DNA of 12,844 nt from Candidatus Sulfobium sp. (GTDB lineage: Bacteria > Nitrospirota > Thermodesulfovibrionia > Thermodesulfovibrionales > UBA6898): the NCBI GenBank assembly GCA_037380845.1, contig JARRRI010000063.1:1-12844 (forward strand), in the 5' to 3' direction. Within the stretch, counting starts at the first letter, position 1; the number at the start of each line of letters is the position of its first letter. Below, piece after piece: positions 6,902 to 12,844 of this stretch. The notes beneath the pieces are model-generated. The model saw only the letters and a program-made list of their open reading frames with translations. It did no database searches and was not told the DNA's origin. Made by a program: the position numbers and the translations under genes.

Positions 6902-7252
6902 CTACTTCTTCTGTTGAAGTTCGAAAGCCTTCTCGGCCTTGGCGGCAGCAGCCTCCGCCCTCTTTGCAGCGGCCTCGGCTCTTTCCGCGGCGCCTTCGGT
7001 GCAGCATTTCTTTGCCTCTTCCGCCAGGGCCCTGGCTTCCTCAGCCTCTTTCTTCACCTGCTGCAGTTCAGCTGAAGAAGCCCCGGCTTCGCCGATCCTG
7101 GCCTCGAGAGCCGCAACTCTCTGTTCGAGCTTGCTTATCCTGTTGTTGAGAGGTTCCGTCTGCTGTCTGACATAGTCCTTCGAGGCACAGCCTGCTATAA
7201 ACAAAATCATTAATACGCTCATGAGGCTCAACAATGATAAAGACCTTCTCAT
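6902..7252 (-). CDS. Lpp/OprI-like alanine-zipper outer-membrane lipoprotein, 116 aa
   Basis: SD AAGGAGGT precedes ATG 7252. The signal MRRSLSLLSLMSVLMILF-IAGC has a lipobox Cys22, followed by a heptad coiled coil, Ala-rich AAERAEAAAKRAEAAAAKAE, and C-terminal QQKK. Confidence 0.85.
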   Translation of the reverse strand: MRRSLSLLSLMSVLMILFIAGCASKDYVRQQTEPLNNRISKLEQRVAALEARIGEAGASSAELQQVKKEAEEARALAEEAKKCCTEGAAERAEAAAKRAEAAAAKAEKAFELQQKK

Positions 7253-7285
7253 CACTCTCACCTCCTTCCGCACTGGACTACTTAC

Positions 7286-7314
7286 ATACTATATCCTTAA
7301 CGCGCCGTCTGCAA
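7286..7314 (-). promoter_or_regulatory. Candidate promoter for the lipoprotein gene, overlapping the end of the HEAT gene
   Basis: TTGCAG (7314-7309), 17-nt spacer, TAGTAT (7291-7286). Confidence 0.45.
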
Positions 7315-7992
7315 ATGGTACGGCCGAGAATTATCCTTCTTCCGTATCATCGACAATGCCCAAAGGGCCTCCTCCCTCAGAAGGGGATCGCGGTCATGGT
7401 CGGCTACGTCCCTTAAAGAGGGGACCGCTCCGGCATCCTTTATCAGAGCCAGGGAGCGGATGGCGCTTGACTTTATCGTGAAGCTCCCGTCTTTCAGTTG
7501 CCGGATAAGATAGGGCACCGCACTTGCGTCACCCACTCTGCCCAACGAGACAATGGACGCCTCCCGCACCAGGAGCTCCGGGTCGTCCAGGCTGCCAATA
7601 AGGGCCCCGACCACCCGGGGGCCTTCAAAATCCCCGAGGGCCACGGCGAGGCTGCTCTTGACCGCGGGGCATTCCCGATGAAAGAAAGGATCGGAAAAAA
7701 GCTGTACGAGGACATCTTTAACACGGGGCGTGTGTATCCGGCTTAATACCTGAATGCCGCGTATCTGGATTCTCCAGTTTAAACCGCGGTTCACGATCAA
7801 ATTGATGAGAGCCTCCGTCGATTGCCTGCCGGCCAATTTTTCGAGTGCGGCCTTGTTGAGGATACGGACCTGCCAGTCATCCCCCCGGAGCTTGTCCAGT
7901 ATGGAGTCGGTTTCAGAAGCGCAGACGGTTATGCCCGCCCCGACAGCTGCGGCGATGATGACAGCGATGACTATTTCTTTAAAAATTCTCAT
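7297..7992 (-). CDS. Exported or membrane-anchored HEAT-repeat (PBS lyase-like) protein
   Basis: The N-terminus MRIFKEIVIAVIIAAAVGAGITVCA is signal-like. Repeats include LDDPELLVREASIVSLGRVGDASAVPYLI and DRDPLLREEALWALSMI. The start is 7992 or 8016. Confidence 0.8.
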   Translation of the reverse strand: MRIFKEIVIAVIIAAAVGAGITVCASETDSILDKLRGDDWQVRILNKAALEKLAGRQSTEALINLIVNRGLNWRIQIRGIQVLSRIHTPRVKDVLVQLFSDPFFHRECPAVKSSLAVALGDFEGPRVVGALIGSLDDPELLVREASIVSLGRVGDASAVPYLIRQLKDGSFTIKSSAIRSLALIKDAGAVPSLRDVADHDRDPLLREEALWALSMIRKKDNSRPYHLQTAR

Positions 7993-8278
7993 GATTCGCC
8001 ATGCAGCTCCCTGCACGCCGGATGGTGTCCACGATTAGATTCTATCACCCCTGTGGCCCCTCGGCAACGACAGGTGTCAGGAAATACTGATAGGTAAGCA
8101 TTTGATAACTTTATATCCATCTATATATAGAGGCGATGGCCTGGCAACCTGACGGGCCTCACCTTGAGGTTTATGTCAGGCTTCAATCTTATAGTGCGAA
8201 GAAGTGGTGTTTAAATACGGCGGACCAAAATTCTCTTCGGGAAGCCATGGAATAAACCATGTCAGATGCAAAATGATT

Positions 8279-8306
8279 TTGCGGACAGCGTCTCTCATGT
8301 TATAGT
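8279..8306 (+). promoter_or_regulatory. Candidate promoter for the TMTC-like gene, possibly leaderless
   Basis: TTGCGG (8279-8284), 16-nt spacer, TATAGT (8301-8306) with extended TG. +1 would fall at about 8313, the GTG start. Confidence 0.5.
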
Positions 8307-8312
8307 GTTTGC

Positions 8313-9620
8313 GTGGGCAAGGCTTCAAGGAGAAAAAACAGGGTTGCCCGGGGAGTCCGGACCGATCGAGGGGGTTCAACAAGTGCAAAAGCCCTTGATG
8401 CCAGTACGATTTTCCAAAGACGACTTGTTCATATTGTTTTGGTAGCCGCTTTTGCGCTTCTTGCTTACTCCAATACTTTTCACATCCCGCTCCTGTTTGA
8501 TGGAGGACCTCAGATTGTTGATAATCCTATTATTAAAGATCTGAAGAATTTCACTTCAGACAGAAAGGGTTACAATTATAATCCCCGGCGCTTCATCGGC
8601 TATCTTTCCTTTGCCCTGAACTATCACTTCGGGGGTCCGGGTGTTGTGGGCTACCACATCGTGAACCTTCTGATCCACATAGGCAATGCGCTTCTCATCT
8701 ACTTTCTTGTAGTTCTGACCTTCAGGACATCATTGATGCGGCAATCAGCCGATTCCTCCCCTCCCGCTGCGCTTTTGATCGCCCTCTTTTCAGCGCTCCT
8801 TTTCGTTTCGCATCCTTTACAGACACAGGCGGTGACGTACGTCGTTCAGCGGTTCGCTTCCCTTACGACGTTCTTTTATCTGCTCTCCCTGGTTATGTAT
8901 ATAAGAGGAAGGCTCTCAAGCCGGCAGGCCGGCAAGCTTGCAAGCTTTTTTTGCTCTTTGCTCTCCGCTGTCCTTGCCATGAAGACGAAGGAAATAGCTT
9001 TTACGCTTCCAATAATGATAGCCTTCTATGAGTTCACTTTTTTCCGGTCTTCGCGCAGGAAGAAGCTTCTCTTCCTTCTGCCCGTATTGCTTACCCTGTT
9101 TATAATCCCTTTGAGCGTCATGCACAGCGGCAAGCCCCTGGGAGAGATATTGTCAGATGTGAGCCGACAGACGAGGATCCAGACTCAGATGCCGCGATGG
9201 GAGTATCTCCTGACCGAGATGCGGGTAATCGTCACCTATATACGGCTCATCTTTCTTCCGGTAAACCAGAATCTGGATTATGACTATCCGCTATATCATT
9301 CCCTGTTTACGCCGTCCGTCATTTTCTCAGTCCTGTTCCTTATGGCGATTTTAGGTTTGGCGGTATATCTGATCCATAAAAGCCGACAAGCTGACAGGCA
9401 GCAAGCGCCAAACGGCAAGCAGCTGTCAGCGATCAGCGATCAGCAGGAAGAAAAAACAGAACGTGACAATCCGACAATCCGGCAAGCTGACACCTCGGCG
9501 GCCGATCAGCCTTCGACCAAGCTCGAAGGTCGAAGGGCCGGTTCTTTGCCTCCAACCTCAAACCTCCAGCCAGATGCGCCTTACTATCGCCTCAACGACA
9601 GTATTAATGATTGCGGCTAA
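8313..9620 (+). CDS. TMTC-like membrane domain, N-terminal fragment
   Basis: YSNTF.IP..FD....I.DNP.I, YHIVNLLIH, LLFVSHPLQTQAVTYVVQR, AMKTKE, YIRLIFLPVNQNLDYDYP and many TM helices. Confidence 0.7.
   Translation: MGKASRRKNRVARGVRTDRGGSTSAKALDASTIFQRRLVHIVLVAAFALLAYSNTFHIPLLFDGGPQIVDNPIIKDLKNFTSDRKGYNYNPRRFIGYLSFALNYHFGGPGVVGYHIVNLLIHIGNALLIYFLVVLTFRTSLMRQSADSSPPAALLIALFSALLFVSHPLQTQAVTYVVQRFASLTTFFYLLSLVMYIRGRLSSRQAGKLASFFCSLLSAVLAMKTKEIAFTLPIMIAFYEFTFFRSSRRKKLLFLLPVLLTLFIIPLSVMHSGKPLGEILSDVSRQTRIQTQMPRWEYLLTEMRVIVTYIRLIFLPVNQNLDYDYPLYHSLFTPSVIFSVLFLMAILGLAVYLIHKSRQADRQQAPNGKQLSAISDQQEEKTERDNPTIRQADTSAADQPSTKLEGRRAGSLPPTSNLQPDAPYYRLNDSINDCG
9381..9570 (+). repeat. Cluster of short 7-8-mer tandem repeats and a hairpin inside the coding frame
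   Basis: CAGCTGT-CAGCGAT-CAGCGAT-CAGCAGG (9420-9447); GACAATCC x2 (9465-9480); CCTCCAA-CCTCAAA-CCTCCAG (9549-9569); perfect inverted repeat CCTTCGACC/GGTCGAAGG (9510-9536); CAAGCTGACA twice. Confidence 0.7.
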
Positions 9621-10635
9621 GAGACTGAGGGTCGAAAGGGTTGTTATCCCGACGCTTGTCCTTATAACACTCGTCCTTTCAGGCCTCACCTATGCGAGGA
9701 ATACTGCATGGAAGGACGGCATAAGCTTGTGGCAGGACGCAGTAATGAAGAGTCCGAATAAGCTCCGTCCTCACTATGAGCTTGGCCTGGCATACTTATC
9801 TAAAGGCCAATTGGACAAGGCAACGTCAGAATTCCAGACGGCAGTGCGGCTGAAGCCCGATTACGCGGAGGCTCACATTAATCTGGGCGTAGCATACAAA
9901 GCTCAGGGGCAATGGGACAAGGCAATTGCAGAATACCAGGCGGCATCACGCCTGAAGCCGGATTATGCGGAGGCCTATAATAACCTCGGGGTAGCGTATG
10001 CATCTCAAGGCCGGCTGGACAGGGCAATTGCGGAATACCAACGAGCGTTACGGCTGAAGCCCGGTTACGCAGAGGCTCATTATAACCTTGGCATTATATA
10101 TGAATCTCAAGGCCGGGTTGACGGGGCAATTGCAGAATACCAGGCGGCATTGCGCCTGAAGCCCGATTATACAGAGGTTTACCTTAACCTTGGCACTGTA
10201 TACGAAACTCAGGGCCAGTGGAATAGGGCGATCGCGGAATACCAGGCGGCATTACGCCTGAAGCCGGATTATGCGGAGGCTCACTATAACCTCGGGGTAG
10301 CGTATGCATCTCAAGGCCGACTGGATGAGGCAACGGTAGAATTTCAGGCAGCAGTAAGGCTGAAACCCGATTACGCAGAGGCTCACATCAATCTTGGAGT
10401 TGCATACGCATCTCAAGGCCAATGGAACAGGGCAATTACAGAATACCGGACAGCATTAAGGCTGAAGCCCGATTACCTAAAGGCCCATTATAACCTTGGC
10501 GTTGCATACGAATCGCTGGGCGAATGGGAAAAGGCAATTGCAGAATACCAAATGACATTAAGACTGAAGCCTGATTTGCACGAAGCACGCCGGCATCTCG
10601 ATGATATCGTCTCAAGACGCGCCAGGGTTCATTAA
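9586..10635 (+). CDS. C-terminal fragment: last TM helix plus eight TPR repeats (in-frame ATG at 9607)
   Basis: LVLSGLTYARNTAWKDGISLWQDAVMKSP is followed by 34-aa units of the form AEAHYNLGVAYASQGRLDxAIAEYQxALRLKPDY. Confidence 0.75.
   Translation: MASTTVLMIAAKRLRVERVVIPTLVLITLVLSGLTYARNTAWKDGISLWQDAVMKSPNKLRPHYELGLAYLSKGQLDKATSEFQTAVRLKPDYAEAHINLGVAYKAQGQWDKAIAEYQAASRLKPDYAEAYNNLGVAYASQGRLDRAIAEYQRALRLKPGYAEAHYNLGIIYESQGRVDGAIAEYQAALRLKPDYTEVYLNLGTVYETQGQWNRAIAEYQAALRLKPDYAEAHYNLGVAYASQGRLDEATVEFQAAVRLKPDYAEAHINLGVAYASQGQWNRAITEYRTALRLKPDYLKAHYNLGVAYESLGEWEKAIAEYQMTLRLKPDLHEARRHLDDIVSRRARVH
9763..10578 (+). repeat. Eight 102-bp TPR-coding tandem units
   Basis: CTGAARCC (LKP) recurs at 9850, 9952, 10054, 10156, 10258, 10360, 10462 and 10564, an exact 102-nt period. 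Confidence 0.92.
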
Positions 10636-11162
10636 CGAACAGATCTGAATAAACATCTTAGTGGCAACTCGGCTCCGGAAGCAATGTGACTGAGCCCCGC
10701 AGATCGACGAGAGATTTCAGCTTGCCCGGGTCCCCGGCCCATCGTTCCGGGATTAGGGCTGCCCGCCTGCTCGACCCTCGTGAAATGGTTGTCCCATCGA
10801 ATCGGTTGTGCCGTGGCAGGAGGCAGACGAAATTCGGAATTAGAGCGGACTTCGCCTTCAGCAATTTGCTCACAAAATTCTCTGCAAAAAAACGCAATTA
10901 TTGCCTAAAAGCAATATTTATCATAGACATACACCAAGGAAGCGGATACTTTGAGAATAAGGGCTGTCCGTGATCTCCATTAAGAAAAGTTAATTTGACT
11001 CCAGAGGGATTCAGCGGTTAGGGTAAAAAGAGTGGTTATGACAATCAAGAAGACAAATCACGTGACCGGAGTCACAGACTTCTGGACCCCGGCCGTGTTA
11101 TCGTTAGACTGTCTAAAGGAGATCTTTTCACAAACCCGTCTATAATCAGGAGGGCAACTATT

Positions 11163-12844
11163 ATGGGTAGGAAACAGCTCTTATCAATAATATTTTCGAC
11201 ATTTTTCATCTTTTGCTGGTCTTTTGCAGAGGCGGCTCCGCCGCCTTTGGAGCCGCCAAGCAATCTGACGGCAACGGCGGTCTCTTCCAGCCGGATCAAT
11301 CTGACATGGCAGAACAATTCAACCCGCGCGAAAGCCTTCGAGATCTGGCGGTATCAATCGTCCACGGGGTGGGGCGTGATCGACACGGTCGGGGCAAGCA
11401 CGACTTCTTATGCCAGTACCGGCCTGGCCGCGTCCACCACATACGTTTACATGGTCCGGGCCTGGAAGTCTGATGCCTATTCAACTTTTTCCAATAACGC
11501 GTGGGACACGACGTTTGGTCTGGCAGCTCCTCCGACCGCTCCGGACAATCTGACGGCAACGGCGGTCTCTTCCAGCCAGATCAATCTGACATGGCGGGAC
11601 AATTCCACCAACGAGTCATTCTTCGAGATCTGGCGGTATCAATCGTCCACGGGGTGGGGCGTCATAGACACGGTGAGTGCAAATACGACTTCTTATGCCA
11701 GTACCGGCCTTGCTGCGTCCACCACCTATGTTTACATGGTCCGAGCTTACAACAGTGCTGGCTATTCAACTTACTCGAATAACGCGTGGGACGCGACTCT
11801 TTCAGGAACACCGCCCCCACCACCCGCAGCGCCCTCAGTAAACACGGGGTCGGCCTCCGGCACCACTGCTACATCTGCAACCCTGAACGGCACGGTGGAC
11901 CCCAATGGGTCGACCACTACGGCATATTTCCAGTACGGCACGACAACGGGCTACGGGGGCACAACCTCGGCGCAGAACGTCGGCAGCGGGACGGCCGCGG
12001 TGGCAATCCCTGGCGGGAGCATAGGCGGGCTGACCTGTAACTCGACATACCATTATCGCGCTGTGGGAGCCAATGCCGGGGGAACGAGATACGGATCGGA
12101 TATGACGCTTACGACATCGGCCTGTCCTGCGACACCGCCGGCGGTAACGACAGGGAGCGCCTCGGGCACCACGGCGACGTCTGCAACCCTGAACGGCACC
12201 GTGGACCCCAACGGGGCGACGACCACGGCATATTTCCAGTACGGCACGACAACGAGCTACGGAAGCACTACCGCATCACAGGGTCTGGGCAGCGGGACCA
12301 ACGCCGTCAGCGCAGCAGCGAGTATCAGCGGGCTGAACAGTCAGACGACTTATCATTTCCGGTTGGTTGCGACGAACAGCGGAGGGACAACGTATGGTGC
12401 TGATTCGACATTTACAACCACGGCGGCCGGCATTTCAGTCTCCATCACAAGCCCTACTTCAGGCACTACTTATACAACGGCCCAGACAGTGACGATCTCG
12501 GCATCCGCAGCTGAAAGCGGCGGCACCATCTCCAGGGTCGAGTTCCTGGACAATGGATCGGTAGTGGCAAGTGACACAACATCACCTTATAGTTATTCGT
12601 GGGCTATCACTTCTGCCAATAACGGGACGCATAACTGGACTGCGAGGGCATATGACGCGACGGGAAATGCAGCGGTCTCGGCGGCAGTCAGCCTTATTGC
12701 GGACATAGCGCCTTCAGCCGGAAGTGGCACAATATGGGCTGAAGATTTCGGCGGAGCGCGGAACGATGCCGGTGCCAGTGTTTCGGTGGACGCCGGTGGT
12801 AACATAATAGCCGTGGGGACTTTTACGGGAACTGCGGATCTGGG
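11163..12844 (+). CDS. Large secreted/surface protein: signal peptide, 2x FN3, 2x FN3-like, bacterial Ig-like domain, start of SBBP-like beta-propeller; partial, runs off the right edge
   Basis: SD AGGAGG at 11148-11153 precedes ATG 11163, and the frame is open to the window end. Translation: MGRKQLLSIIFSTFFIFCWSFAEA-APPP; PSNLTATAVSSSRINLTW...YVYMVRA twice; SATLNGTVDPNG...YFQYGTTT twice; VSITSPTSG...ISRVEF...DTTSPYSYSW...WTARAYDATGN; WAEDFGGARNDAGASVSVDAGGN. Confidence 0.9.
   Translation, partial: MGRKQLLSIIFSTFFIFCWSFAEAAPPPLEPPSNLTATAVSSSRINLTWQNNSTRAKAFEIWRYQSSTGWGVIDTVGASTTSYASTGLAASTTYVYMVRAWKSDAYSTFSNNAWDTTFGLAAPPTAPDNLTATAVSSSQINLTWRDNSTNESFFEIWRYQSSTGWGVIDTVSANTTSYASTGLAASTTYVYMVRAYNSAGYSTYSNNAWDATLSGTPPPPPAAPSVNTGSASGTTATSATLNGTVDPNGSTTTAYFQYGTTTGYGGTTSAQNVGSGTAAVAIPGGSIGGLTCNSTYHYRAVGANAGGTRYGSDMTLTTSACPATPPAVTTGSASGTTATSATLNGTVDPNGATTTAYFQYGTTTSYGSTTASQGLGSGTNAVSAAASISGLNSQTTYHFRLVATNSGGTTYGADSTFTTTAAGISVSITSPTSGTTYTTAQTVTISASAAESGGTISRVEFLDNGSVVASDTTSPYSYSWAITSANNGTHNWTARAYDATGNAAVSAAVSLIADIAPSAGSGTIWAEDFGGARNDAGASVSVDAGGNIIAVGTFTGTADL
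11261..11796 (+). repeat. Direct duplication of an FN3 module, 285-nt period
   Basis: CAATCTGACGGCAACGGCGGTCTCTTCCAGCC occurs at 11261 and 11546. TTCGAGATCTGGCGGTATCAATCGTCCACGGGGTGGGGCGT is identical in both copies. Confidence 0.92.
11825..12420 (+). repeat. Direct duplication of an FN3-like module, 306-nt period
   Basis: TCTGCAACCCTGAACGGCAC occurs at 11874 and 12180. ACGGCATATTTCCAGTACGGCACGACAACG is present in both copies. Confidence 0.85.

Larger units (their letters stand above)
8313..10635 (+). pseudogene. TMTC-like GT-C membrane glycosyltransferase with C-terminal TPRs, split by an apparent internal deletion/frameshift near 9590
   Basis: The two overlapping ORFs are the N- and C-terminal parts of one family architecture. 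The usual intervening segment (WF...P....EHRxYLP) is absent from both frames. Confidence 0.7.

Noticed and set aside
8131..8160. AGGCGATGG resembling the start of a second fluoride riboswitch
   Set aside because: There is no TCGCC partner for P1 and no downstream TRATG/pseudoknot segment.
9763..10578. Regular repeats as a CRISPR array or mobile element
   Set aside because: The period is 102 nt, in frame, with no unique spacers; they are TPR coding units.
11141..11146. TATAAT as the promoter of the surface-protein gene
   Set aside because: It has no -35 or extended TG, and the transcript would begin inside the SD.
11213..12805. Short ORF-track ORFs in the right-hand region
   Set aside because: They are alternative-frame or antisense products of the single long open frame starting at 11163.

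Overview
Bacterial window, probably from a diderm such as Nitrospirota or Desulfobacterota (inferred from gene content only). Left to right it holds: a partial MASE3-like membrane sensor gene (minus, not in the ORF track), an orphan tatA, and a single dynamin-like GTPase. The dynamin gene sits behind a clear fluoride (crcB-class) riboswitch with its own sigma70 promoter and intrinsic terminator. Divergent from it is a P3A-type H+-exporting P-type ATPase whose leader has two mutually exclusive pairings and a 10-codon uORF overlapping the ATPase start. Next come a LysM/YkuD L,D-transpeptidase convergent with an Lpp/OprI-like alanine-zipper lipoprotein ending in Lys, and an exported HEAT-repeat protein. 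A TMTC-like (GT-C + TPR) gene follows, apparently broken by an internal deletion and frameshift. The window ends in the 5' part of a large Ser/Thr-rich secreted FN3/Ig/beta-propeller protein (also not in the ORF track). The best candidate for a new system is the fluoride-riboswitch-controlled dynamin back-to-back with a proton pump that has its own candidate RNA switch.
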